A stretch of DNA of 64,000 nucleotides from Centroscyllium fabricii (lineage: Eukaryota), in assembly GCA_051313645.2 (NCBI GenBank), contig JBNRSN020000002.1, forward strand, positions 36,704,001-36,768,000. Reading direction: 5' to 3'. A model generated the notes under the pieces. The model made no database searches. It was not told the DNA's origin and was given only the letters and a program-made list of their open reading frames with translations. Positions 23,092-34,099 of this stretch are shown here, in pieces (position 1 is the first letter of the stretch; the number at the start of each line of letters is the position of its first letter). Made by a program: the position numbers and the translations under genes.

Positions 23092-26000
23092 TGTAACCGT
23101 CACCGTCAATAACGTCTTCGGAGTCGAATAGTAGGTTATAATAATCAGGCTTTTATTAACTACGTTAGAGATACTCAACCGAGCTGACTGTCCCCAGAAT
23201 GGCGCGGGGGATGGGGAACAGTCCCTTATATACCTCCTCCAGCGGGGGAGGAGTCATGGGCGGCGCCAGGTATGTCCCTGGGATCTCATACAGGTATTAC
23301 ACGGTATTACAGGTATTATAGTGATATACAGTTTATCACATTCACCCCTTCTTTAAAAACAAAAGTACGGTGGGGTGAGAAAAAAACTAATAATTACACG
23401 GTGCTCATTAACAAAATATATACAATCAATATTCTTTTGACTATAAATTTAGTCTTTCAGGCGGTTTCGTTATCCGCGCTGATCTTCGCACCGCTGGCGG
23501 TGCCTGTGGTGTTCGTTGTCGTGGAGTGGCTGGTTGTGTCGGTTGTTCCCTTGCTGCTGGTCGACTGGTGGTGGTTATGTCACTTCCGGGTGGCGGTGAT
23601 GCCCTTATTTCGACAGCAGGGGGCGCGTTCTCTCTTTCGTCCTCTGGCTCTAGGGGGCGCGCGTTGTGGATCCAGGCTTGGGGCCGGGTCGTGCTGCTCG
23701 CAGGTGCCTTGTGGACATACTGGGGTACTGGGCCCACGTGTCGGAGCGTGTACTTCGACCTCGGTGGCTCGGGGGGCGTCACAGGGGGTTCTGGGAGCTC
23801 GGGCTGCCTGGCGGGGCTGGTTTTGGGGACCCCTGCTGGGGCTAGGTCCTTTATGGACACGGTGTCCTCCCTCCCGTCGGGGTACACTATGTAAGCGTAC
23901 TGGGGATTGGCGTGCAGGAGGTGGACCCGTTCGACTAGGGGGTCTGCCTTGTGTCCCCTCACATGCTTCCGCAGCAGGACCGGTCCCGGAGATAGCAGCC
24001 ACGATGGTAGCGAGGTCCCGGAAGCTGACTTCCTGGGGAAGGCAAAAAGTCTTTCGTGAGGGGTGGCGTTAGTGGCAGTACACAGTAGGGACCGGATAGA
24101 GTGGAGTGCTTCAGGGAGAACGTCCTGCCATCGGGTGACTGGGAGGTCTTTGGACTTTAGGGCTAACTGGATGGCTTTCCAGACCGTGGCGTTCTCTCTC
24201 TCTACCTGCCCATTCCCCCGGGGGTTGTAGCTGGTAGTCCTGCTAGTCGCGATGCCTTTTGCTAGCAGGAACTGACGCAGCTCGTCGCTCATAAAAGAGG
24301 CCCCCCGGTCACTATGGATATAGTTCGGGTACCCGAACAGGGAGAAGATGCTACTGAGGGCTTTGATAACGGTGGCGGAGGTCATGTCCTGGCAGGGGAT
24401 GGCGAAGGGGAAACGGGAGTACTCATCTATAACATTGAGGAAATAGACGTTCCTGTTGGCTGAGGGAAGGGGCCCTTTAAAATCGACACTGAGTCGTTCA
24501 AAGGGGCGAGTGGCCTTGATTAAGTGCGCCCGGTCGGGCCGGTAGAAGTGCGGCTTGCACTCCGCGCAGACCTGGCAGTTGCTGGTCATGGTCTTGACTT
24601 CTTCGATGGAGTAGGGGAGGTTGCGGGACTTCACGAAGTGAACCAACCTGGTGACCCCCGGGTGGCAGAGGTCATTGTGAAGGGTTTGGAGACGGTCAGC
24701 CTGTGCGCTGGCACAGGTACCGCGGGATAGGGCATCTGGGGGTTCGTTAAATTTCCCGGGCCGATACAAAATATCATAATTGAACGCTGATAGTTCAATT
24801 CTCCACCTTAGTATTTTGTCGTTCTTGATCTTACCCCGCTCTTTGTTGTTGAACATAAAAGCGACTGAGCGTTGGTCAGTCAACAGGGTAAAACGCTTGC
24901 CGGCCAGGTAGTGCTTCCAATGCCGCACTGCTTCAACAATGGCTTGGGCCTCCTTTTCAATTGAGGAATGGCGGGTTTCTGGGCCTTGGAGGGTACGTGA
25001 AAAGAAGGCCACGGGTCTGCCCGCCTGGTTAAGGGTGGCGGCCAGGGCAAAGTCAGATGCATCACTTTCCACTTGGAATGGGACCGACTCATCCACAGCG
25101 TGCATCGTGGCTTTGGCTATGTCCTTTTTTATTCCGCAGAATGCCGAGTTGGCTTCTGCAGAAAGTGGGAAAGAGGTTGATTTTAATAGTGGGCGAGCTT
25201 TGTCCGCATAATTGGGGACCCACTGGGCATAATAAGCAAAGAATCCCAAAATCCGTTTAAGAGACTTGGGGGAGTGGGGGAGGGGAAGCTCCATGAGGGG
25301 GCGCATGCGGTCCGGGTCTGGACCGATGACTCCATTTTCCACCACGTTGCCGAGGATGGCGAGGCGGGTGGTGCTAAACACACATTTCTCCTTATTATAC
25401 GTTAAGTTCAGGGTTTTGGCTGTGTGGAGAAATTTTTGGAGGTTGGTGTTATGGTCCTGCTGGTCATGGCCGCAGATGGTCACATTATCGAGGTACGGGA
25501 AGGTCGCTCGCAGCCCGTACCGATCGACCATTCGGTCCATCTCCCTTTGGAAGACCGAGACCCCGTTCGTGACTCCGAACGGCACCCTAAGGAAGTGGTA
25601 GAGGCGGCCGTCAGCCTCGAAAGCAGTATAAAGACGGTCCTGTGGGCGGATGGGGAGCTGGTGATAGGCAGATTTTAGGTCGATGGTTGAGAACACTTTA
25701 AACTGGGCGATTTTGTTCACCATGTCCGCTATCCGGGGGAGGGGGTAGGCATCTAATTGGGTGAACCGGTTTATGGTCTGGCTGTAATCCACTACCATCC
25801 TATTCTTCTCCCCGGTTTTCACCACGACTACCTGTGCTCTCCAAGGGCTATTACTGGCCTCTATGACCCCTTCTTTTAGGAGGCGCTGCACCTCAGATTT
25901 TATAAATGCCATGTCCCCAGCACTGTAGCGCCTACTCTTGGTGGCGACGGGCTTACAGTCTGGGGTGAGATTGGCAAAGAGGGATGGAGGGGCAACCTTA

Positions 26001-27668
26001 AGGGTTGAGAGACCACAGGTAGTGTACTGGAGGTGCCGCTTTGAGCCGCGGTTTGTGACCGTGAGAGGGGGAAGGGGTCCACCGAATGCCATTGTAACGC
26101 TCCGAAGATGGCACTGGAAATCCAGTCCCAGGAGTAGGGGGGCGCAGAGCTGCGGCAGCACGTAAAAACTAAAATCCTTAAAAATTGCCCCCTTTACGTT
26201 TAGAGTTACACTACAGCGCCCGGTGACGTCAGCGGATTCTGACTTTGACGCCATAGATATTCTCTGGCGCGCAGGGATTACTTTAAGGGAGAGGCGCTTA
26301 ACAGTATTCTGATGAACAAAACTTACTGTGCTCCCACTGTCGAACAGGCACACCACCTCTTCACCGTTAACTTCCACCGGCATCATTGACCTCCCCAGTG
26401 GCTGGATTGTCCTCTGGTCTAGGCTCATCGATGCTAGTACCAGGTCCTCCCCAAAGTCTTGATCCGGAGAGTAGTTATCTTGGTCCGGAGAGTAGTTATT
26501 TTGATCCGGAGAGTAGTCCTCCAGATCAGCTTCCTGAGATGGCTGCCGCCATGTGCTGTGCTGTTGAGTGGGGGATGGGTGCCTTGAGTGCTGCTGCTGC
26601 TGCCTTGAGTGCTGCTGAGTGGGGGATGGGTGAGCCCGATATTGCTGTTCCCCTGTTCCACATGCAGCGCTGCCCAGTCTTGATTTAGCGTTTGGGCCTT
26701 TGCAGACCTTTGCATAGTGTCCTTTTTTGTCGCACTTGGAGCAGATCGCTTCTCTAGCGGGGCAGCTGCGTCTTGGATGCTGTGGTTGTCCACAGAAGTA
26801 ACATTTCGCTTTAGCGTGGGCCGCTGTGAGAAGTTCCTCTGGCGGTCTTTGCGCCAGTACTGTCCAAGATTGCGGGGCTGGGCCCGTAGAGGCGCTATCT
26901 AGCGCGTGTCCCAAATCTGTAGTGGCCTGTATGTCCTGGCCATTCTGTTCTAGCAGTCTTTGTCTAGCATAGTCCGATTTCAGGCCTGTTACATAGGCAT
27001 CCCTGATGAGACTCTCCATATGCACTAGGGCCGTTTGCGCTCTGCAGTCACAGTCCCGTGCCAGAGTTCTGAGGGCTCTTAGGAACTGCACACTCGATTC
27101 GTTGTTCTGTTGTTTTCGGGTGGCAAGTATGTGTCTCGCGTGGACTCTGTTTGGTGCCCGATTGTATTCCGCCTCGAGGATCCTGAGGGCTTCTTGGAAT
27201 GATGGGGCGTCCACTATCATCGAATATACTTGCGGGCCCACCCGGGCGTGGAGGAGCCGTCGTTTTTGCTCCTCGGTCATTATGACCGCTGCGTTGGCTC
27301 TAATGTATCCTTCCAGTACATTTCGCCAGTGTGAGAAAGCGTTTGATGCTCCAGGCGATCGGGGGTCAACTTCGAACACTGATGGTTTCAGCATTGCAGT
27401 ATCCATTTCAAGTAGTTAATAAAATTGTAACCGTCAATAACGTCTTCGGAGTCGAATAGTAGGTTATAATAATCAGGCTTTTATTAACTACGTTAGAGAT
27501 ACTCAACCGAGCTGACTGTCCCCAGAATGGCGCGGGGGATGGGGAACAGTCCCTTATATACCTCCTCCAGCGGGGGAGGAGTCATGGGCGGCGCCAGGTA
27601 TGTCCCTGGGATCTCATACAGGTATTACACGGTATTACAGGTATTATAGTGATATACAGTTTATCACA
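23092..27668 (-). mobile_element. Full-length Ty3/Gypsy LTR retrotransposon
   Basis: LTRs 27426-27668 (5') and 23092-23340 (3'), identical by eye except a 6-bp duplication; TSD ATACT; PPT AAAGAAGGGGTGAA. Confidence 0.97.
23441..27406 (-). CDS. Single-ORF Gag-Pol (two CCHC knuckles, protease, RT, RNase H, integrase), 1321 aa
   Basis: CYFCGQPQHPRRSC, CSKCDKKGHYAKVC, LFDSGS, YLDN, SDASD, HHCC, SVDFKGP..HSDRG..QVE. Confidence 0.95.
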   Translation of the reverse strand: MDTAMLKPSVFEVDPRSPGASNAFSHWRNVLEGYIRANAAVIMTEEQKRRLLHARVGPQVYSMIVDAPSFQEALRILEAEYNRAPNRVHARHILATRKQQNNESSVQFLRALRTLARDCDCRAQTALVHMESLIRDAYVTGLKSDYARQRLLEQNGQDIQATTDLGHALDSASTGPAPQSWTVLAQRPPEELLTAAHAKAKCYFCGQPQHPRRSCPAREAICSKCDKKGHYAKVCKGPNAKSRLGSAACGTGEQQYRAHPSPTQQHSRQQQQHSRHPSPTQQHSTWRQPSQEADLEDYSPDQNNYSPDQDNYSPDQDFGEDLVLASMSLDQRTIQPLGRSMMPVEVNGEEVVCLFDSGSTVSFVHQNTVKRLSLKVIPARQRISMASKSESADVTGRCSVTLNVKGAIFKDFSFYVLPQLCAPLLLGLDFQCHLRSVTMAFGGPLPPLTVTNRGSKRHLQYTTCGLSTLKVAPPSLFANLTPDCKPVATKSRRYSAGDMAFIKSEVQRLLKEGVIEASNSPWRAQVVVVKTGEKNRMVVDYSQTINRFTQLDAYPLPRIADMVNKIAQFKVFSTIDLKSAYHQLPIRPQDRLYTAFEADGRLYHFLRVPFGVTNGVSVFQREMDRMVDRYGLRATFPYLDNVTICGHDQQDHNTNLQKFLHTAKTLNLTYNKEKCVFSTTRLAILGNVVENGVIGPDPDRMRPLMELPLPHSPKSLKRILGFFAYYAQWVPNYADKARPLLKSTSFPLSAEANSAFCGIKKDIAKATMHAVDESVPFQVESDASDFALAATLNQAGRPVAFFSRTLQGPETRHSSIEKEAQAIVEAVRHWKHYLAGKRFTLLTDQRSVAFMFNNKERGKIKNDKILRWRIELSAFNYDILYRPGKFNEPPDALSRGTCASAQADRLQTLHNDLCHPGVTRLVHFVKSRNLPYSIEEVKTMTSNCQVCAECKPHFYRPDRAHLIKATRPFERLSVDFKGPLPSANRNVYFLNVIDEYSRFPFAIPCQDMTSATVIKALSSIFSLFGYPNYIHSDRGASFMSDELRQFLLAKGIATSRTTSYNPRGNGQVERENATVWKAIQLALKSKDLPVTRWQDVLPEALHSIRSLLCTATNATPHERLFAFPRKSASGTSLPSWLLSPGPVLLRKHVRGHKADPLVERVHLLHANPQYAYIVYPDGREDTVSIKDLAPAGVPKTSPARQPELPEPPVTPPEPPRSKYTLRHVGPVPQYVHKAPASSTTRPQAWIHNARPLEPEDERENAPPAVEIRASPPPGSDITTTSRPAAREQPTQPATPRQRTPQAPPAVRRSARITKPPERLNL

Positions 27669-28670
27669 ATACTTTGGCAAAGAAATTGGTTCTCATTGCG
27701 CCCGTTTACTTGGGCGGAAAACAGGTAAAAACATCAATGAGGTGCAACGCCCGATCTGTGCCTGTTGTGGCCGCCGCTATATTGGTAAAGGTGGCTTGGT
27801 AGGCATTCCAGACAGCCACCTAAAACAGGTGTTAGGCCCCTCATTTACATATACTAAGGTGCCTAACACTTGAAGAATCTGGTTCGCAATCAGTGGAGTT
27901 GGTGCTAGGCCTAGGTTTCTTCAGCAGCCCCTGCTGCTGCCAATTAAATGTTAGTTTATGTTTTAAATAAACAAATCAGAAATTGTTGCTCTGGGTCGAG
28001 GATGAGTATGAGTTTAAACACTTCTATCATAATGCCCCATAATCTGCGTTGCTCTGATGAAAAAACTCAATTTTCAACCAGGCAACATCCTAGTGAGTCG
28101 GAGTTGCACCCTTTCTAAAACTTCAATAACCTTCCTGTACTGTGAAACCCAATACGGCACACAGTGCTCAAACTGAATTCTTATTAAGGTTCTTTTTAAT
28201 GCATAATTACCACTTGGCAGTTATATTCTAGTTCTTATGCTTAAACATGAGCTTTTTTTTTTAAATGGCCTCATCAACTCGAGGTGTAGCCTTTAATGGC
28301 CTGTGAGCTTGTACCCCAAATTCATTTGTATTTCCACAGCACTGAGCATACTTACAATTCTAATTACTTGTTATTTATTTTACCAATTACATCCCTTCAT
28401 ACTTACTAACATTGAATTCCATCTGCCACTTTTGTAAAGAATTAACTATTCCTTTTATTTTGGAATCATGTCCAAATTTAAACACCATTCCATCTCGGCT
28501 AAAGACAAATCATTGATGTACAGCGTGAACAGAAATGGCCCCAGAACTAAACCCTGCTGAAAATCTGCCCTTAAATTCAGATCTCTGTTTTCTCTCTTCT
28601 AACTATCCAGTTTTCTCTCCTCCCCAATTCAATGCCCTTTAATCTTCTCTCGCAATCCCGTGTAAATACA

Positions 28671-29500
28671 TAGGGCCAGAATTTCGGGTGCCTCAAACCA
28701 GATGCCCACGAAAGAAATGCCCCGTGCGATGAACGCACGGGAGATGCCCACGGATCCGAGATTTCCGATGCTGAGGGAGAAGGGCCCTCAGCATCAAACG
28801 CAGGAGTGAGTTGCACCCAAGATTTCCGGTGCAAAAAGGTCAATTTGCTGCGTGATTCCGTGGGCAACGGAGCCTTGAGATGCACTTCAAAAAAGCTGCA
28901 GTAACCCGTGGGCGAGGGAGAGAAAAACGTTCTTAAACAAGGTAAGTTACTTTTTTACCTTTAATTTTAAGTTTTAACAGTTTTTGGGAGTAATGTGGCC
29001 AGATCGGTATCATTAAATTTCGATGTTAAAGTTTAAAAAAAAAAATTACAAATCTGATTTTGAATTGCTATACCTAATCCAAATCGCTAATTTTTAAATT
29101 TAGAGTTCTGAAATTTTTAACTAATTTAGTGAAGTTAAAAAACTCAGAAAAAATCGCTGACTTACCTTCGGTCAAAAGCTGGACTGGCCGCACTGCTCAC
29201 TGCCGAGTCTGTGAGTGCAGCGCCTCACGTCCCTGCTCTCACAAAGGTCCGACTCGGGATCTGTGCGCATTTTTTAAATTTAAATTGGGGATCTGTGGGC
29301 GTTTTTTAATTTAAATTTGGGATCTGTGGGCGGGGCATACACTGCGCTCCTAGCGTGGCTGGACTGCCACGTTGCGCAGGAAGGGGGCGGAGCCGAGCCG
29401 AAATGCAGAGAGTAAAAAAAGTCCGATGTTGGTGCGGTTCTTAAGTGCTCCGCATGGTCCTAGTTGCCCACCAACCGGCAAACCCGAAATTCTGGCCCTA
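28671..29500. mobile_element. Non-autonomous TIR DNA transposon
   Basis: 18-bp TIR TAGGGCCAGAATTTCGGG...CCCGAAATTCTGGCCCTA. Confidence 0.7.
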
Positions 29501-29511
29501 TAGTCTAAGCA

Positions 29512-29720
29512 GGTACTTCAGTATAGCACTGAGGAAGTTGTTGCAGTGTGTATTATCTACAGTATTCAATGTAGCAAGTCACCAAGGATTCTTCAGAAGC
29601 AGCTCCCAAACCTGCGACCTCCACCACCTAGAAGGACAAGGAAAGTAGTTGCATGCGAGCACCATCACCTCCAAGTTACACACCATCCTGACTTGAACAT
29701 ATATCGCAGCTCCCTTCATC
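29512..29720 (+). mobile_element. Old 3' fragment of the L2/Crack-like LINE
   Basis: CSKSPRILQKQLPNLRPPPPRRTR resembles the C-terminus of ORF 57578-58441. Confidence 0.6.
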
Positions 29721-29898
29721 TGATTTTGGCAGAGAGAGAACTCCCTGCTCTTAGTAAATCAGTGCCATGGGATCTTTTATGTCCACTTGCCCCATCAAAA
29801 CAGATGATTGGATTTCAGTTTAATGCATCATACAAAAGACAGCACCGGCAGAAATGCAGCATTCGCACATCAGCACGCGCAAAATGTGACCACTGCAA

Positions 29899-30414
29899 TA
29901 TCCGGTTATCGGGAGCGGGACCAAGATGGCGGCGCGTGTACACGCAGCGGCTCTGCGTCTCCCGGGGATGCTGTCCGCTGGTAGTCCCGAGGCTGTTCGC
30001 TCGGTGGGGATGTCGGGTTCGGCGTGGAGGTGCACAGAAGTCGGACTTTTTGGAGCACTGGGGAGCCTGCGAGGTCGCCGAGGTCGAAGCGCTGGAGGTC
30101 GGCAGGTACGGAGCACTGGGTCCTGCAGAGACAGTGTGCCTGTGTGGTCACCGTGGTTACCGAGTTCGGGGCGTTGGAGGTCGGCGGGTTCGGGGCGTTG
30201 GGACCAACGGAGTCGGAGTGCCGGTGCCTGCATGGTCGGAGCACCATAGAGGGCCAACATGAAGTGAACAGTCTGGGACTTGTAAGCAGGACATTTTAAA
30301 CAGCTGCATCGTTCTTGGGAAGGTTGCAAAAAAGACATTTCGTTGTACTGTATTTTGCTGTGCAATGACAATAAATTGAATCAAATCAAATCAAATCAAA
30401 TCAAATCAATCAAT
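29899..30414 (+). mobile_element. Non-autonomous Rex1-type element (GC-rich 5' region plus Rex1 tail)
   Basis: CAAGATGGCGGCGCG near the start, TTTCGTTG..TGCAATGACAATAAA tail, (AATCA)n; CAAT flanks. Confidence 0.7.
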
Positions 30415-30429
30415 GCCAACCTAGATTAT

Positions 30430-30936
30430 GGTGTGGAGGTACCGGTGTTGGACTGGGGTGGACAAATATAACAATAATAATAATAATACAACTTTATTGT
30501 CATTATACAATGTACAAGTACATGAACAACGAAATGTGATCTTGCAAGCTCCCAAGAGTCCAGCAAAGCCGCTGCGTCTGTGCGCGCCGCCATTCCATCT
30601 TTCCATCATTCCGACAATCTTCAGCCAACCGCCCTTCCCCGGGGCTCCTTTCGTGACCTTCTGCACCTGGTATTCCCTGGTGGTTACCCATCCAAGTACT
30701 AACCAGGCCTGGCTCTGCTTAGCTTCCAAGCCTTGCCGGTGACCCTGTCCCTAGTCCCAGGAACAGGGACAGGGTCACTGGCAAGGTGTCACACAACACC
30801 AGGTTATAGTCCAACAGTTTTATTTAAAATCACAAGCTTTCAGAGTGTTGCTTCTTCATCAGGTGTAAGAGAGATGCACATAAACACAGCATATATAGAC
30901 GGAGAACAATGTAATCTTTCCAACTGCCCTGCATTA
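30430..30936 (-). mobile_element. Hammerhead-bearing mini-element with 12-bp TSD, interrupted by the 5S SINE
   Basis: TSD AACCTAGATTAT (30418-30429, 30937-30948); rc CACCTGATGAAGAAGCAACACTCTGAAAGCTTGTG. Confidence 0.75.
30467..30760 (-). mobile_element. 5S rRNA-derived SINE with Rex1-type tail
   Basis: Near-identical to 11518-11802. Confidence 0.85.
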
Positions 30937-31662
30937 ACCTAGATTATATGCTCAAATCCTGGAGTGAAGTGTGAACCCACAACCTTCTGAGTCAGAGGCA
31001 AGGGAGCAACCAACACTGCCATGTTGGCATTTTGTTGTATAGTATACAAAGTCTTTATAACATTTCTGGTCTCTATTGTGTGCCGAGCTTGAATATATCA
31101 TGGCCTTTGTATAACTACTAATTTTCTTCATGATTGGTTAATTCTTTCTTTATTTCTCCTTTCTTATAATTTCTATTTCTGTTATTGTGTTTAATTTTCT
31201 CCCCATCATGGTCCACCAAGAATAATTCAACACAAATAAAATGCCAGCAAAATAAATTCCAACTGCTGCCATCGCGGTTCAGCACCTAGCCGACGAGATG
31301 CCATAAAAATTCTAACTTAAACAGTCACCAAAAAAAATAACAATGGTGCCATCAGCCCAAAAACACAACAACTGCTACCACCAGGCCTATGAACATCCTG
31401 GTAATCCCTTCACCTCCATACTTCATGATACCCACTCAACCAGCGAATCCCCATGTTCAGTGAGACAGAAGAACATTATAATATTAGCAAGCAAACTGCA
31501 CACAAAAGGCGTAAAGACTGGAGTTACGAGGAGCGAGAGTGCAGGTCGGGCTCCAGCATGAGCTCAGATGAACTCTATGGCCAATAATAGTCCCAAATGT
31601 ACATGCAAAGGAAACTGTTGTGCACAGAGCTCGTCAATCTGTTGAACAAACTTTCAACTTCA

Positions 31663-31830
31663 CAGAAACACAGAAGATAGGAGCAGGAGTAGGCCATTCG
31701 GCCCTTCGAGCCTGCTCCGCCATTTTGATGAGCTCATGGCTGATCATCCAAACCCAGCACCCCCCCTCCTGCCCTCTCCCCATATCCCCCGACACCCCCA
31801 ACTCAAACAACTAGATCTCACACACATACT
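31663..31830 (-). mobile_element. 3' fragment of V-SINE subfamily 2
   Basis: Matches 9465-9625. Confidence 0.7.
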
Positions 31831-31981
31831 TCATAACTTCATTTCAGCAGTGCTGCTTCCAGGAAATAAGGACAGAAGCAAGAGACATGATTTTGGTGGG
31901 GGTACAGAGTGAAGAGAGAAATTGCTCTTGAACAGTGGGAGTTGGCAGGAGGGGGAAAAGGAGAAGAGTAGATTCTTCCTG

Positions 31982-32260
31982 TGTGGTAAACCGGTGTTAT
32001 ACCACTGTCATGGTACCGTAATGTACCTGTAACTACCTTGCTGTTAATGCTGTACATATCTGTAAATAACCGATTGCAGGAGCTTGCCTCGGCTGACCCC
32101 GCCTCTGACTCCTCCTCTGGGTCTAGGTATACAGGTGGCTGCTTACCATCCCCCGGTCAGTACTGCCCTGAGCTCAGCCGAGACACACTCCATTCTTCAG
32201 TGAATAAAAGCCTTTAATTAAGGTAACTCTTCGTCTTTTAGTCTTATTGACGATACGTCA
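31982..32260 (+). mobile_element. Gypsy solo LTR
   Basis: TGTGGTAAACC...ACGTCA, TSD TCCTG; similar to LTR 47200-47510. Confidence 0.9.
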
Positions 32261-32401
32261 TCCTGCAGATCCAGATACGAGGTTAGGAGATGGGAAGAGA
32301 GGAGGCAAAGCCACACACACACTTACCTTGTTAAAGTAGATGGAAAGAAAAACCCTCGTTGAGCAAGATGGGGAAAGAGGAGAGGATGAGATTTATGCTA
32401 T

Positions 32402-33320
32402 TCATAGAATCATAGAATCATAGAAATTTTACAGTGCGGATAAGGGCCATTCGGCCCATCCAGTCCGCACCGGCCCAGAAAAACTCCTCACTGTTCTAAC
32501 CCCAGTTGCCCGCACCTGGCCCATAACCCTGTATGTTATGGTCCTTCATGTGCTGGTCCAAGTATTTTTTAAATGTTGTGATGGTTCCTGCCTCCACCAC
32601 CCTCACAGGCAGGGAGTTCCAGTCTTCCACCACCCTCTGGGTAAAGAAATTTCTTCTTACCTCCCCCCTAAACCTCCCCCCCCTGATCTTGAATCTATGT
32701 CCCCTAGTGCTTGACTCTCCCACCAGGGGAAACAATGCCCCTTTGTCTACCCTATCGTGTCCCCTCATGATCTTGTACACCTCAATCATGTCACCCCTCC
32801 ACCTTCTTTTTTCCAAGGCAAACAACCCCAGCCTGTCCAGCCTTTCCTCGTAGCATAGGTCCGCCAGACCAGGTATCATCCTGGTAAACCTTCTCTGCAC
32901 CCTCTCCAGGGCAGCCACATCCTTCCTGTAGTGCGGTGACCAGAACTGCACACAGTACTCCAGCTGAGGTCTCACCAGTGTGTTATACAGGTTTAACATT
33001 ACCTCCCTACTTTTGTATACTATGCCCTGGTTAATAAAGGCGAGAATTCCGTATGCCTTCTTAACCACCTTGTTAACGTGTCCAGCAACCTTCAGGGAGC
33101 TGTGCACCTGTACCCCCAGGTCCCTCTGCTCCTCGGTCCTATTTAACGTTTTGTTGTTCATGGTATATTCCCTTACCCCGTTTGGTGCACCGAATTGAAT
33201 GACCTCGCATTTCTCTGGGTTGAACTCCATTTGCCATTTTTCTGCCCAATTAACCATTATATCTATATCCTCCTGAAGCCCCTTACTATCCTCATCGTTG
33301 TTTACCACCCTTCCGATTTT
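32402..33320 (-). mobile_element. Young CR1 3' fragment
   Basis: Almost identical to 3336-4248; (TTCTATGA)n tail. Confidence 0.95.
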
Positions 33321-33334
33321 TGTTGGGGGAAGAG

Positions 33335-34095
33335 AGAATACTGTAGATAATACACACTGCAACAACTTCCTCAGTGCTATACTGAAGTACCAGCTTGGTG
33401 TGACTCCAGCCAGTGGAGCATTTTCCCCGATTCCAAGTGATTTTGTTTTACTCGGGCTCCTTGTTGCCACACTCAGTCAAATGCTGCCTTGATGTCAAGG
33501 GCAGTCACTCTCACCTCACCTCTGGAATTCAGCTCCTTTGTTCATGTTTGGGCCAAGGCTGTAATGAGATCGGGAACCGAGTGGTCTTGGCGGAACATAA
33601 ACTGGGCAGCAGTGAGCAGGTTATTGGTGAGTAAGTGCCACTTGATAGCTCTGTCGATGACACCTTCCATCAATTTGCTGATGATTGAGAGTAGACTGAT
33701 GGGACAGTAATTGGCCGGGTTGGATTTGTCCTGCTTTTTGTGGACAGGACATACCTGGGCAGTTTTCCACATTGTCGGGTAGATGCCAGTGCTTTAGCTG
33801 TGCTGGAACAGCTTGGCTAGAGGCGCAGCTAGTTCTGAAGCACAAGCCTTCAGCACGATAGCTAGGATGTTGTCAAGGCCTTTGCTGTATCCAGTGCGCT
33901 CAGCCGTTTCTTGATATCCCGTGGAGTGAGTCTAATTGGCTGAAGAATGGCTTCTGTGATGGTGGGGGCTTCGCGAGTAGGCCAATATGGATCATCCACT
34001 CGGCACTTCTGGCTGAATTTGGTGCAAACGCTTCAGCCTTGTCTTTTGCACTCACGTGCTGAGCTCCACCATCATTGAGGATGGGGATATGCTTG
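33335..34095 (-). mobile_element. L2/Crack-like LINE internal fragment
   Basis: WKTAQVCPVHKK..NYCPISLLSIISKLME. Confidence 0.75.
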
Positions 34096-34099
34096 ACCA

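Larger units (their letters stand above)
29740..31022 (-). mobile_element. Old DeuSINE (SacSINE1-like) hosting nested insertions
   Basis: tRNA head rc of GAACCCACAACCTTCTGAGTCAGAGGC; Deu-like AGTGCCATGGGATCTTTT; recognised from recalled consensus. Confidence 0.6.

Noticed and set aside
23272-24072. Antisense or env-like ORF in the Gypsy 3' region
   Set aside because: GC-rich shadow of the Pro-rich integrase tail; much shorter in the sister copy and no env features
32496-33470. 324-aa chimeric ORF as a new gene
   Set aside because: Chance read-through from a LINE fragment into a truncated CR1
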